A stretch of 64,000 nt of DNA from Nitrospirales bacterium (lineage in GTDB: Bacteria > Nitrospirota > Nitrospiria > Nitrospirales > UBA8639), in the NCBI GenBank assembly GCA_963422365.1, contig OY729426.1, forward strand, positions 704,001 to 768,000, read 5' to 3'. This document shows positions 32,432 through 45,706 of this stretch, piece by piece (position 1 is the stretch's first letter; every line of letters starts with the position of its first letter). Position numbers and translations under genes: made by a program. The notes beneath the pieces were generated by a model. The model searched no databases and was not told the DNA's origin. It was given only the letters and a program-made list of their open reading frames with translations.

Positions 32432-32529
32432 GATCGGGTGCTTGGCGGAGCGATCATCGAGTCACTCCACAAACGCCATATTTCGACGCTGCCAAGCGAA
32501 CTAACGAGTCGTCCACGATGTGGAACGTC
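32432..32529 (+). repeat. Diverged direct duplicate of the mnmA 3' end (31783-31881)
   Basis: Translates DRVLGGAIIESLHKRHISTLPSELTSR versus mnmA DRVLGGGIIESFHSRCISQPASETTSR. Confidence 0.85.
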
Positions 32530-32699
32530 CCGGGGCCGAAGCACACGAAAAGCATGCTGGCAGTTTGTCCAATCATGTTTGTTATCCTGACGGGTACGGG
32601 AATTTTTGCCCAAATGGATGCTGATAAAATGGAAAAAAGAAGCGCGAATACCTTACTGTCTACTGCGTGTATCAAACAATGTTGGAAAACCACTGGATC

Positions 32700-33071
32700 G
32701 CTGAGTAGTATGCGGCTAGAGGGGGACAACAGAGTAAGGGGTACGAATACGACGGGAGTAATGAACTGGGTTCAGTCGCCTGGTAGAGCGAGAATAGCTG
32801 GGGCAGACCGTATCGGGTAGGGCAAAAGCAATCCAATGAACTGGGGCTGTATGACATGAGAGAGAACGTGACGGAATGGGTGCAGGATTGCTGGAATGAG
32901 ATCTATGTGGGGTCACCGAGTGACGGTAGTGCCTGGGAGCAAAGGAATTGTAGCAAGGGGGTTTGGCATGGCGGCTCCTGGAACTTCGGACCGAGGTACC
33001 TCCGCTCCGCGTACCGCTACAGGGGCACCGCCGACAACCGCGGTTTCCTCGTGGCCCGGACGCTTCCTTAG
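32700..33071 (+). pseudogene. FGE-sulfatase/SUMF1 (C-type lectin fold) C-terminal relic, DGR-target-like
   Basis: AE*YAARGG...VAW*SENS...VGQKQSNELGLYDMRENVTEWVQDCW...GGSWN...LRSAYR...GFLVARTLP*; two in-frame stops, N-terminus missing. Confidence 0.85.
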
Positions 33072-33333
33072 GTCGTGTATTCTTACCTCTTTACCTTGGG
33101 ATGGCAGAGGGAGACGATTTCTGGTCTATGAGCAACTCACCTAGTCTGCCTGAGTTGTCTCACATGGACTGCACCTGGAAACTTCACGTTCTACAAATAC
33201 CGAACGCATCGCAATGCTACCGACACCGTTCTCTCTGCAGGTTGACACCAAGATTTTCACGTGATACCGTGCCTCGTTTTTTGCGCGAACAGCGCAAGCA
33301 CCATTTTTTTGCCTTTTTCTTCACAACTGATTC

Positions 33334-33873
33334 ATGATGAAAAATGCGATAGCACGGCGATATGCCCAGGCGTTTTTTCGCCTGTTACGCCACGAAGACA
33401 TAGTGGCTGCTCAGGACGGGTTACAGGCGCTGTCTCTAGCGGTGCAGGACTCTTCTGCGTTGAAGCATGTCCTTGCCTCGCCGGTGTTTACCGTAGAAGA
33501 AAAACTCGAAGTCCTCACGGCGTTGTGCGAACGGACAGGGTGCCCGCCGGTGATGGGACGATTCTGCGAACAATTGTTGAAAAAAAACCGAATAGGATTC
33601 TTGTCGGAAATTGCCGAGGCCTTTAGACGGTTAATGATCCGGCAAAGCGGCAAGCAACAAATTGTCGTTGTCTCGGCGAAAACGATTGACGACAACATGA
33701 AGCAGGACATTCTGGCTCAATTAGGTGCTACGGTAAAGAAAGAGGTGGAGATCGACTTTCAATCGGACCCTTCCTTGCTTTCAGGCGTACAAATACAAAT
33801 TGGGAGTAAAGTCTATGATAGTACGGTCAAGGGTCAACTCCACAAGATGCGGGCTCAATTGGTGAAGGGGTAA
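33334..33873 (+). CDS. atpH: ATP synthase F1 subunit delta
   Basis: 'IARRYAQA', 'DPSLLSGVQIQIGSKVYDSTV'. Confidence 0.95.
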   Translation: MMKNAIARRYAQAFFRLLRHEDIVAAQDGLQALSLAVQDSSALKHVLASPVFTVEEKLEVLTALCERTGCPPVMGRFCEQLLKKNRIGFLSEIAEAFRRLMIRQSGKQQIVVVSAKTIDDNMKQDILAQLGATVKKEVEIDFQSDPSLLSGVQIQIGSKVYDSTVKGQLHKMRAQLVKG

Positions 33874-33876
33874 GGC

Positions 33877-35385
33877 ATGCAGATCAAGGCAGAAGAAATC
33901 AGTTCAATTATTCAAGATAAAATTAAGGGCTTCGATCAGCGTGTTGATGTGACCGAAACCGGCTACGTCATTCAGGTAGGGGACGGCATTGCCAAAGTCT
34001 ATGGTCTCGAAGGTGCCATGGCCGGGGAATTGCTGGAATTTCCCGGGGAGGTGTTCGGTGTGGCGCTGAATCTTGAAGAAGACAGCGTTGGGGCCGTGCT
34101 GATGGGATCGGACACCGGGATTAAAGAAGGCGATCAGGTCAAACGAACAGGCCGGATTGCCGAAGTACCCGTGGGCGAGGCGCTCGTCGGACGGGTGGTC
34201 GATGCGATGGGACAACCTCTTGACGGAAAAGGTCCGATTCAAGTGACAGAGACTCGGTTGATTGAAGTTCGTGCCCCTGGCGTGGTGGAGCGTCAATCCG
34301 TCAGTGAGCCATTGCAGACGGGATTCAAAGCCATTGACGCCATGATCCCTATTGGCCGCGGGCAACGAGAGTTAATCATCGGCGATCGGCAAACCGGAAA
34401 GACGGCTATCGCCGTCGATACCATCATTAACCAAAAGGGGCTCGATGTCTTTTGCATCTACGTCGCGATCGGCCAGAAGCGGTCAACGGTTGCTCGTGTC
34501 GTGAAAACGTTCGAAGACCATGGTGCCATGGGCTACACCACCGTCGTGTCAGCCACGGCCAGTGATGCGGCTCCTCTCCAGTTTTTTGCGCCCTATGCCG
34601 GGGTGTCGATGGGTGAATATTTTCGTGACAATGGAAAGCATGCCCTCATTATCTATGACGATCTTTCCAAGCATGCCGTGGCGTATCGACAATTATCCTT
34701 GTTGCTCCGTCGGCCACCGGGTCGCGAGGCGTTTCCCGGTGACGTCTTCTTCCTGCACTCTCGGTTGCTGGAGCGTGCCGCTAAATTGAGTGACGAGCAG
34801 GGAGCAGGGAGCCTGACCGCCCTGCCCATTATTGAAACGCAAGCCGGCGACGTGTCGGCCTATATTCCCACCAATGTGATTTCAATTACCGACGGACAAA
34901 TTTACCTGGCCAGTGACTTGTTTTATTCAGGGATTCGTCCAGCCATTAACGTGGGGTTGTCGGTTTCCCGCGTGGGTGGGGCGGCCCAAATCAAAACCAT
35001 GAAACAGGTCGCCGGGACGCTTCGACTCGATTTAGCCCAATATCGAGAAATGGCCGCGTTTGCGCAGTTTGGCAGCGAATTGGATAAAACAACGCAGGCC
35101 CAGTTGGCTCGAGGAGCGCGAATGGTCGAACTGCTCAAACAGGAACAGTACAAACCCATGCCGGTGGCGGATCAGGTGTTGTCGATTTTTGCCGGGGTCA
35201 ATGGGTTTGTCGATGATGTGCCCGTGCAGAAGGTTCGTGCCTTTGAAGAGGGCCTCTTGACGTACATCAAAGCACAGCATCCTCAACTGCGGGAAGACGT
35301 CGTCGGCAAAAAGAAGATCGACGACGAGTTCGGCGGACAACTCAAGCAGGTCATTTCCGACTATAAAAAGACGAAACAATACTGA
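33877..35385 (+). CDS. atpA: ATP synthase F1 subunit alpha
   Basis: 'GDRQTGKT', '[14 protein letters not shown]'. Confidence 0.98.
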   Translation: MQIKAEEISSIIQDKIKGFDQRVDVTETGYVIQVGDGIAKVYGLEGAMAGELLEFPGEVFGVALNLEEDSVGAVLMGSDTGIKEGDQVKRTGRIAEVPVGEALVGRVVDAMGQPLDGKGPIQVTETRLIEVRAPGVVERQSVSEPLQTGFKAIDAMIPIGRGQRELIIGDRQTGKTAIAVDTIINQKGLDVFCIYVAIGQKRSTVARVVKTFEDHGAMGYTTVVSATASDAAPLQFFAPYAGVSMGEYFRDNGKHALIIYDDLSKHAVAYRQLSLLLRRPPGREAFPGDVFFLHSRLLERAAKLSDEQGAGSLTALPIIETQAGDVSAYIPTNVISITDGQIYLASDLFYSGIRPAINVGLSVSRVGGAAQIKTMKQVAGTLRLDLAQYREMAAFAQFGSELDKTTQAQLARGARMVELLKQEQYKPMPVADQVLSIFAGVNGFVDDVPVQKVRAFEEGLLTYIKAQHPQLREDVVGKKKIDDEFGGQLKQVISDYKKTKQY

Positions 35386-35408
35386 TCGAATCATCGCGAT
35401 AAGTCTCT

Positions 35409-37761
<2,353 letters not shown>

Positions 37762-37762
<1 letters not shown>

Positions 37763-38208
37763 TGGCGGCCACAAGCACAACCGTCCCCTCAGGAAAACTC
37801 CTGTTGGAAGTGGTCACACCCGATACACTCTTGGTGAGTGAATACGTGGATCAAGTTTCTGCACCAGGAACAGAAGGAGACTTTGGGGTCTTGCCGGGCC
37901 ATTGTCATTTTCTGACGACGCTTCGGATTGGCGAACTTCACTATAGAATAGGCGAAACCGTTCAGTATCTGTCGGTGTTATGGGGGTTTGCCGATGTGAC
38001 GCCCCAGCGGGTCACCATCCTTGCAGAGATTGCCGAGAAGGCAGAGGATATTGATGTTGAACACGCTCAAGCCGCCGTGGCCCAAGCCGAAGAACAGCTT
38101 GAGCGTGGCGGACTTCCGTCGGAAGTCGAAAAGGCCAAGGTGAGTTTGGAAAAAGCGCGACTTCGCCAAAAAGTGGCCGAACGGCTTCAGAAGCAAGGGC
38201 GCGCCTAA
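37762..38208 (+). CDS. atpC: ATP synthase F1 subunit epsilon
   Basis: 'LEVVTPD', 'GDFGVLPGH'. Confidence 0.96.
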
Positions 38209-38236
38209 CCGAAGTCCATCCTTCCTGTATGCTTCC

Positions 38237-39193
38237 ATGCCGCACGTTGAAACGCGGACGGAGATTATCGTTTCACCGGGAGAAGGTCCTAAACGCTTGG
38301 ACCATTTTTTGGCCAACCGTGATCCGGATTTCTCTCGAACGATCCTCCAGCGATTAATCCTCGACGGCCATATCACAGTTGACGGTCAGATCACCAAGCC
38401 CAGTCACACAATACAACCCGGTGACGTCATTGTGCTCATGGTCCCCAGGGCCGAGCCTCTGACCATCAAGCCCGAGCCTATTCCCCTTGAAATTCTCTAT
38501 GAAGATGACGCCGTGTTAGTCTTGAATAAACACGCCGGCCTCGTGGTTCATCCAGCCCCCGGCAATTGGTCGGGAACCCTGGTCAATGCCCTGTTGCACC
38601 ATTTCAAAACCGAGACGGGATCGCTCTCCAACATTGGAGGAAAAGAACGGCCGGGGATGGTGCACCGATTGGATAAAAACACCACGGGCCTTATGGTCGT
38701 GGCCAAACACAATCAGGCTCATGCGCACTTGGTTAACCAGTTTAAGCGCCATACCATTAACAGAGCCTATGAAGCGCTAATCTGGGGGGGTGCGAAAAAA
38801 CCCGAAGGAGTGATAGACTTAGCAATCGGGAGAGATACCAAAGACCGGAAAAAATTTTCCGCTCGGACGGCCCGTCCCAAGGCTTCAGCAACGAAATATC
38901 GCGTGACAGAACGGTTTGAAAAGCTGGCGGCCTGTGTCGAGTTATTTCCTCAAACCGGTCGGACCCATCAACTTCGTGTGCATTTGTCGGCGATCGGGTG
39001 TCCCATCTTAGGAGACCCGACGTATGGAGGAAAGAAGGTGAGCGCGATCCACGACATCATCATCCCTCGCGTCATGCTTCATGCTAAAGTGCTCGGATTT
39101 CTCCATCCAAACTCGCAACAGACCATGAATTTTATCGCTCCCATGCCGACCGATATGGCAGAAATTGTGAGCCAATTACGAGACCGGATGTAG
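38237..39193 (+). CDS. rluD: RluA-family 23S rRNA pseudouridine synthase with S4 domain (RluD-like)
   Basis: 'RLDHFL', 'VHRLDKNTTG', 'TGRTHQLRVH', 'GDPTYG'. Confidence 0.9.
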   Translation: MPHVETRTEIIVSPGEGPKRLDHFLANRDPDFSRTILQRLILDGHITVDGQITKPSHTIQPGDVIVLMVPRAEPLTIKPEPIPLEILYEDDAVLVLNKHAGLVVHPAPGNWSGTLVNALLHHFKTETGSLSNIGGKERPGMVHRLDKNTTGLMVVAKHNQAHAHLVNQFKRHTINRAYEALIWGGAKKPEGVIDLAIGRDTKDRKKFSARTARPKASATKYRVTERFEKLAACVELFPQTGRTHQLRVHLSAIGCPILGDPTYGGKKVSAIHDIIIPRVMLHAKVLGFLHPNSQQTMNFIAPMPTDMAEIVSQLRDRM

Positions 39194-39244
39194 CGACGGC
39201 ATCTCATGCCGCCCCCAACGAGAAAACAGACAGGCAAGGTGACG

Positions 39245-39691
39245 ATGGGTCTGACTCCACGAAAAGAACTGGTAGCCACTCAAGTGCTGGATACCTTTGG
39301 AGAATTGATAGCGGCGTTGGCCGCGTTGGCCGCGCAAGTACCGGCAAAGTCGTTCATGGCGATTCCCGGAGGGATCCGTCCCACTGAAGAAGCCCTCGAC
39401 AAATATGAAATGGTCGTCTACCGGTTTCGAGATCAAGCGGGGTCACCGTATCGGATCCTCTATAGCTTTTTCATGGATTCGGTCGAAGCCTTTGAAGCCG
39501 GGCGAATCTTTGATGCCGTGCCGCCCCTGCTTCAGGCGATAGAGCGGTTGGTAGATCTCCACAAAGCAGAAAAAGTCTGTTTCAGTTTCACAGAGCAGGA
39601 GCGCATTCGCGAGTTTCAACAACGCCTGGAAAAAATTCTTCCGGAAGCGAGCAAGCCGGAAGTGGATCTTCCCACCCCGGAGACCTATTAA
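39245..39691 (+). CDS. Hypothetical protein
   Basis: Clean ORF co-oriented with rluD; the upstream ATG at 39206 lies inside a REP-like remnant (39189-39213). Confidence 0.65.
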   Translation: MGLTPRKELVATQVLDTFGELIAALAALAAQVPAKSFMAIPGGIRPTEEALDKYEMVVYRFRDQAGSPYRILYSFFMDSVEAFEAGRIFDAVPPLLQAIERLVDLHKAEKVCFSFTEQERIREFQQRLEKILPEASKPEVDLPTPETY

Positions 39692-39752
39692 GTCCTGGGG
39701 GCCTGAAGCGGTGTTGCGAGATTCGCAATGGACACGGGGCGAGAAGCCCAGG

Positions 39753-41249
39753 CTAGTTGACACGGCGGGGGATTTTGGGATCAGGGAGTCCGGCTCTGGT
39801 TTTAGCCATTGGTTTTTTCAGGCCCATCCTTTGTATCCGTGTCGTCAAGGTTGTTGGGGGGATGCCAAGTAACGCTGCGGCTCCAGTTTCTCCGAAAATT
39901 TTCCAGTTCGCACTCTGTAAGGCATTGAGAATGTTTTCGCGTTCAAATTGTTTGATGTCATCAAACGTGAGAACGGTGCCAGAGGCATGAACGAATTGAT
40001 TTTGCGGCAAGACGTTTCTATTTTGGGGGCTTTGGGGTAAATCGAACACTAACCTGTTGGCCCGTGCAATAATAACGGCACGCTCAATCACATGTTGCAG
40101 TTCTCTAATATTACCAGGCCAGTCATAATGCCCAAGCGTGAGTAAATTTGCCTTGGATAAATGAATCCCCGTCCGATTGAATTTTTCTTGCGCAAGTTTA
40201 AAGAAATGACTAGCTAATGCAGGGATATCTTCTTTTCTTTCTCTTAATGGCGGTATTTCTAAAGGAAAAACATTTAAACGATAAAAAAGATCTTCCCGAA
40301 ACTTTCCACTTTCCACCTCATTTTTTAAGTGACGATTGGTTGCCCCTATCACGCGAACATCCGATTGTATCGTTTTGTCATCTCCTACACGTTCGAAAGT
40401 GCCTTCCTGAAGGACTCGCAGTAATTTACTTTGCAGGTCCAACGGAATTTCTCCGACTTCATCCAAAAAAAGCGTGCCTCCATTGGCCAATGCAAACCGT
40501 CCCCTCCGATCCTTGAAGGCGCCCGTAAATGCTCCTTTCACGTGACCAAAGAACTCACTTTCATATAATTCCCTTGGAATCGAAGCGCAGTTGACTCGAA
40601 TCAACGGTCGTGAAGCGCGAGGGCTCCGTTTGTGAATTGCATGTACGAGGAGTTCCTTGCCTGTTCCGGATTCTCCAGTAATCAGGATATTTGCGTCGGT
40701 GGGAGCAACTAATTCGATTTGTTTCAAGATATTTTGTAGTGATAAACTGTTCCCGATGATGTTGCCAAACGCGTGGAGTTCCATCACTTCTTCATGCAGA
40801 TACTCGTTCTCAAGTTCTAACTGTTCGCGTAATCGATTGATTTCTTCAAACGCGTTGGCTTGTTCCTCTTCAAATTTCTTCCGGCTGGTGATGTCTCGGA
40901 TAAACGCGACCGCGTACTCTCGCTTATCACATTCCAAATAATTGACGGTGATGTCTACAGGAATCACTGTGCCACCTCTGGAACGATGACGGGCTTCGAA
41001 TGTCAGCGTTTTAGCTTGTTTGAGTTCCGTCCAAAATGTTTGCCAAGTCTTTTTACTGGAATCAGGATTAATGTCCTGAATCGTCAGACCGATTAATTCT
41101 GTTTCCGAATAATCGAGAAGTCTGCAAGCCGCTGTATTTGCATTTAAAATCACCCCCTGACAATCGTGAAAAATGATGGCATCACCAGAATGTTCAATAG
41201 TGAATTCAGCCAGTTCTAACGTTTGGTCCTTATTGAATTTTTCCCCCAT
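39753..41249 (-). CDS. PAS-domain sigma54-dependent transcriptional activator
   Basis: N-terminal PAS, 'GESGTGKE', 'GAFTGA', 'FLDEVGE', 'FREDLFYRL', 'WPGNIREL', Fis-like HTH. Confidence 0.95.
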   Translation of the reverse strand: MGEKFNKDQTLELAEFTIEHSGDAIIFHDCQGVILNANTAACRLLDYSETELIGLTIQDINPDSSKKTWQTFWTELKQAKTLTFEARHRSRGGTVIPVDITVNYLECDKREYAVAFIRDITSRKKFEEEQANAFEEINRLREQLELENEYLHEEVMELHAFGNIIGNSLSLQNILKQIELVAPTDANILITGESGTGKELLVHAIHKRSPRASRPLIRVNCASIPRELYESEFFGHVKGAFTGAFKDRRGRFALANGGTLFLDEVGEIPLDLQSKLLRVLQEGTFERVGDDKTIQSDVRVIGATNRHLKNEVESGKFREDLFYRLNVFPLEIPPLRERKEDIPALASHFFKLAQEKFNRTGIHLSKANLLTLGHYDWPGNIRELQHVIERAVIIARANRLVFDLPQSPQNRNVLPQNQFVHASGTVLTFDDIKQFERENILNALQSANWKIFGETGAAALLGIPPTTLTTRIQRMGLKKPMAKTRAGLPDPKIPRRVN

Positions 41250-41310
41250 CGTGAGTCTCCCGATTTTTAAAAGCCACCACAAAGCAACTCCCGCCACAAA
41301 AACATACGAG

Positions 41311-41357
41311 TTTGAGTAGATTGTCTACTTAAAATATTAATATACCAATTTGAGTAG
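41311..41357. promoter_or_regulatory. Putative activator (UAS) binding sites
   Basis: TTTGAGTAGA-TTG-TCTACTTAAA inverted repeat (41311-41333) and a repeated half-site TTTGAGTAG near 41349. Confidence 0.55.
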
Positions 41358-41425
41358 TAGCTTCAATGGAAAGGGGGTCACAAAAAACATATATTCCATA
41401 AGAGGTGATGCAACGCAAACGTTAT

Positions 41426-41441
41426 TGGCACAGTCTATGCT
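41426..41441 (+). promoter_or_regulatory. Sigma54 (-24/-12) promoter
   Basis: TGGCAC-AGTCT-ATGCT with GG-N10-GC spacing, divergent from a sigma54 activator. Confidence 0.8.
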
Positions 41442-41488
41442 TCTGATAAGGAGGACAGCCACATTCAAGAATTGAAAGGAAAGCGCCA

Positions 41489-42289
41489 ATGGACCAGATA
41501 GAGAAATCCCTGGGCGTCACCATTTACCCGCCAGAAGTCCAAGGGACCGGAGAGTTTGATGGAGGGAGAATCATCGAAACCAAGCCCCTTGGTTTTCCTG
41601 GAGAAGGTCCCAGTGTTCCCCATACGGGCCCCTTGGTTTACTGGGCCTGGGCGACTGCCAAGGGGTACGGGAAAATTGGGCTCCATCCTCATCGGGGCGT
41701 TGAAATCATGAGTTATGCCCTCGAAGGGGAAATCGGCCATTACGATACGATGGGAAATCGAAGCCGAGTGAGAGCCGGAGGAGCTCAGGTGATGCAGACG
41801 GGTTCAGGGGTCTCTCATGAAGAAGAAACGGTCAGCGATCACAATGAATTTTTTCAAATCTGGTTCGAACCGAACCTGAAGAAAACCGTACACCAGACAC
41901 CGACGTATGCCGAGTTTCACCATGAAACCTTTCCCACAGAGATTCGTAACGGGGTGACCCTGAAACACGTCATTGGTAACGGTGCGCCGATATCGATCGT
42001 GGCGGAGGTGGTGATGCAGGATATTCTCATTCCATTGAACCATCGTTACCCGCGCGAACTTTCCGAAAACCGCACGTTGGCCATGGTGGTCATCAATGGG
42101 AAAGGAAAGCTGATAGCTGAAGCCTATTCAGAAAACCATGATCTCGAGCCAGGAGATTTTGCGGTCGTTCATGCCGGCAATAACGAGTCGATCTCCATTC
42201 AAGCGTGGGAAGACGCTCCTCTTCGTCTCGCCATGATCGAGGTCCCGGCCGAGGTGGATTACCCGTTATCGAGGGAAGAATGGCGTTGA
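41489..42289 (+). CDS. Pirin-family protein
   Basis: 'HPHRGVEIMSY', 'QVMQTGSGVSHEE', 'FQIW'. Confidence 0.92.
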   Translation: MDQIEKSLGVTIYPPEVQGTGEFDGGRIIETKPLGFPGEGPSVPHTGPLVYWAWATAKGYGKIGLHPHRGVEIMSYALEGEIGHYDTMGNRSRVRAGGAQVMQTGSGVSHEEETVSDHNEFFQIWFEPNLKKTVHQTPTYAEFHHETFPTEIRNGVTLKHVIGNGAPISIVAEVVMQDILIPLNHRYPRELSENRTLAMVVINGKGKLIAEAYSENHDLEPGDFAVVHAGNNESISIQAWEDAPLRLAMIEVPAEVDYPLSREEWR

Positions 42290-42361
42290 GCTGTTTTTTA
42301 TCTGGCAGAATGTTGAAAAAGTCCGCAGAGCGTTTTCACCGTTAACCACCGGAGGAATCCT

Positions 42362-43375
42362 ATGATGAACAAAAGAAACTTCAACCCAAAAGAATTGGGC
42401 GTTCGCAGGTTCACGATACCGTTCACGTGTTCTCTGTTGCTGTTGAGCGGGGTTGTGACTACGGTGGGGGCCGAGGTGATTTGGAACCCTGCACGTGTCG
42501 TTCTAGAACGGCAGCAAGTCGGCCAGGGTGTGTATGCCCTGATTCCTCAAGGGGCTGCTGAAGCCAATGAAAAGGGATATCCCGTCGCGACCTCTGGAGG
42601 GTTTGTGGTCGGAGAACACGGCGTATTGGTCATTGAATCGATGATCAATAAGGCGTTGGCACACCAAGTCATGGATTTAGTCAAACACGTGACGCAGAAA
42701 CCGATTCGCTATGTCGTGAACACGAGCTATCACGGAGATCATAGTTACGGGAATTATGCCTTCCCTTCCGATGTCACGATTATTCATCACCCGCAAACGA
42801 AGGCCTACATCGGAAACCCGGAAATTTTCAAGGCGGACAAGGCCTTTATGATTCAATACTTCGGAACCAACGTTGGTATTGAAGAAGTGATCGGACGCAC
42901 GGCAGATATGGTAGTCGATGACCACGTGACCATTGATCTGGGAAAGAAGGAAGTGCAAATCATGCACTGGGGGTTTGCCCAAACTCCCGGAGACCTGTTT
43001 GTGTGGGTGCCGGACGAACACGTGTTTTGGACGGGCAATCCACTCGTGGGCCCTCCTCCGGCACTTCCCTGGCTCTTAGAGGGAGGACATCGCGAGTCCT
43101 TAGCCACGATGAAGAAAGTCCGAGCGTTTTTGCCTCCGGACACGACCGTTGTTCCTGGTCATGGAAGACCCATGAAACCCGAGGAAATTGATTTCACTAT
43201 TCAATACTTGGAAACATTGGACCATAAAGTTCACACAGCCATAGCCAGCGGATTATCGCTTGAGCAGACACAACACTCTCTTTCCATGCCCGCGTTTAAG
43301 GGCTATGCGCTCTGGGATTGGGTTCATACGGGCCTCAATATCTCCGCTGTGTATAAGGCCCTCTCAGCGCAATAA
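42362..43375 (+). CDS. Secreted metallo-beta-lactamase-fold hydrolase (atypical metal motif)
   Basis: 'VVNTSYHGDHSYGN', 'QTPGD', 'VVPGHG'; signal-like N-terminus. Confidence 0.85.
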   Translation: MMNKRNFNPKELGVRRFTIPFTCSLLLLSGVVTTVGAEVIWNPARVVLERQQVGQGVYALIPQGAAEANEKGYPVATSGGFVVGEHGVLVIESMINKALAHQVMDLVKHVTQKPIRYVVNTSYHGDHSYGNYAFPSDVTIIHHPQTKAYIGNPEIFKADKAFMIQYFGTNVGIEEVIGRTADMVVDDHVTIDLGKKEVQIMHWGFAQTPGDLFVWVPDEHVFWTGNPLVGPPPALPWLLEGGHRESLATMKKVRAFLPPDTTVVPGHGRPMKPEEIDFTIQYLETLDHKVHTAIASGLSLEQTQHSLSMPAFKGYALWDWVHTGLNISAVYKALSAQ

Positions 43376-43472
43376 CGAGCATGCGGTCGATCGACTTTCT
43401 ATCGCCCGTTTACGAAAGAAGTCCGAAAAAAGACCGTTGTCACAACTGGTTTCTCAACGGAAGGAAAAATCG

Positions 43473-45439
43473 ATGGCCGCTTCAATACCTCAAGAAGGTG
43501 TTTGCATGTCGGGAATATTCGGACTCAATATTTCACGCACACACGGAACGGTGGATTCTCAATCACAGACAAACCAAGACGCACCCGTGCGAGGGCATGA
43601 ACCCCATGCACGATGGGTGTGGAGCATGCTTGTTGTGACGGTGTGTGCCATGAGTCCCGCCTGGAGCATACTTCAGGTATCCGATTCGTATGCTCACGAG
43701 ATTCAATCGAAAACCGACCAAGGGATCTCGTTAATTATCCACAATAGCCACATCACGACTTTGGATGATGCCCACCCATCAGCCACCGCTGTGGCAATTC
43801 AAAATGGTCGATTTGCTAAAGTCGGAACGGATGAGGAAATCCTGGCAATGCGTGGGGAACCCACTCAAGTCATCAATGCGCATGGCCGGCGGATGATCCC
43901 AGGGCTGAACGACTCCCATTCTCATTATATTCGTGGGGGCCTAGCGTTTAATGCGATTCTTCGTTGGGATGGCGTCCCCACAGTAGCCGATGGGTTGGAG
44001 ATGATTCGCCAGCAGGCTCTTCGGACTCCGCAAGGACAATGGATCCGCATAATCGGCGGATGGACTCCTCACCAATTTCAAGAAAAACGATTGCCCACGC
44101 CAGAAGAACTCACCAAAGCGGCCCCCCACACGCCCGTCTATGTGCAATATTTTTACAGTCGTGGCGTCGTGAATAAAGCGGGCCTTAACGCGATCGGATT
44201 TGATGAACACACCAAAACCCCCGAAGGGTCGCGTTTGGAATTGGGCACAGATGGCAAGCCCACTGGACTGTTGATCGCCGATCCTCACCCTGCCTTGCTG
44301 TATACATCCATTGCCAGTCTGCCGGCGCTCTCATCCGATGAACAGATCAATTCCACGATTCAGCTTTTTTACCAACTAGCCCGTTTCGGGTTGACCAGCG
44401 TCATCGATGTGGGAGGCGGGGGCCAGCATTATCCCAAGCATTACAAAATCGCTGAGCAACTCGCTACGCAAGCCAAGTTTCCCTTGCGTGTTTCCTCTTT
44501 CCTTTTTGCGCAAACTCCGGGGAACGAATATTCCGATTTCCAAGAGTGGGTCAACATGGTTTCACCGAATACGAACACCGATCCCTTGCGCAAGGACGGG
44601 TATGTCATCGAGGGCGGCGGTGAGTATTTGGTGTGGGATGCAGCGGATTTTGAAAATTTTATGTCGCCGCGCCCGGAACTCAATCCCGATATGGCTCAGA
44701 ATTTAGACAAGGTGGTCATGCTGTTCGTCAAGAACCGATGGCCTTTTCGGTTACATGTCACCGATGACGAATCCATTTCCAAAATTTTGGATGTCTTGGA
44801 GAAGGTCAATAAGAAAACGTCTTTTCATGGACTTCGGTGGTCAATCGAACACGCAGAAACCCTGAAAGAGCCGAATATTGATCGAATCCTCGCCCTCGGT
44901 GGAGGCGTGGCTATTCAAGATCGAATGGTCTTTTTAGGCGACGATTTTCTGAAGCGGTATGGAGCGGAAGCGGCTTCTCACACCCCCCGATTCGAATGCT
45001 CTTGGACAAAGGCGTGCCCGTTGGCATGGGCACTGATGGCACCCGTGGGTCGAGCTTTAATCCGTGGGTTGGTCTGCATTGGTTAGTGACTGGGGAAACC
45101 GCCGGTGGAGCCCGGCTGTATGGGCCAGGCAATCTTCTCACGCGAGAGGAAGCGTTACGCCTGTATACCATTGGCAGCGCCTGGTTCTCCCATGAAGAGA
45201 ATGTCAAAGGCCGGATCGCGCCAGGCCAGTACGCTGATTTCGCCGTTTTATCGGCTGATTATATGAAGGTTCCCGTAGAAGATATTAAAAAAATTGAATC
45301 GGTCTTAACGGTCGTTGATGGGAAAATTGTGTATAGAGCACAAGACTATGCACCACTGATGCCTGCACTCCCTCCGATACAACCAGACTGGTCACCCGTG
45401 AACTATTTTGGGAGTTATTGGAAGAAAAAAAGTCATTAA
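43473..45439 (+). pseudogene. YtcJ-like amidohydrolase (Amidohydro_3), single frameshift
   Basis: 'IPGLNDSHSH', 'IEHAE', 'GTDG'; adding one C to the C6 run at 44983-44988 joins the two ORFs as 'HTPPIRMLLDKG'. Confidence 0.85.
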
Positions 45440-45492
45440 CGTTCAAGAGTACGCTAACCATGGGTTGAACAAATTTTTTAGGACGCCTCACG

Positions 45493-45701
45493 ATGAATGT
45501 AGAGTATGAAGAAAAAAACGTTTCAATTGCATGTGCCCCAAATGGGCCGCTTGTTGTCAACAATCTGACCTCTTTGAAAAAGTCACAAGGTCAATTGCAG
45601 GCAAAGACGTCATGACCTTGTGCCGCTGTGGGCAATCGAAAACCAGTCCTTTTTGTGATGGCACCCATCGCCCCGTCGATTTTCATGACGCGAAAACTTA
45701 A
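45493..45701 (+). pseudogene. CDGSH iron-sulfur domain protein, frameshifted (not in ORF track)
   Basis: 'IACAPNGPLVV' then, in another frame, 'MTLCRCGQSKTSPFCDGTH'. Confidence 0.8.
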
Positions 45702-45706
45702 GAAGT

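Noticed and set aside
31864..33268. Additional parS-like words around ACGT (near 31870, 32013-32028, 33253-33268)
   Set aside because: Four or more mismatches or half-sites only
42302..42340. IS-end-like fragment CTGGCAGAATGTTGAAAAAGTCCGC
   Set aside because: Single short copy, no transposase or partner end in the window
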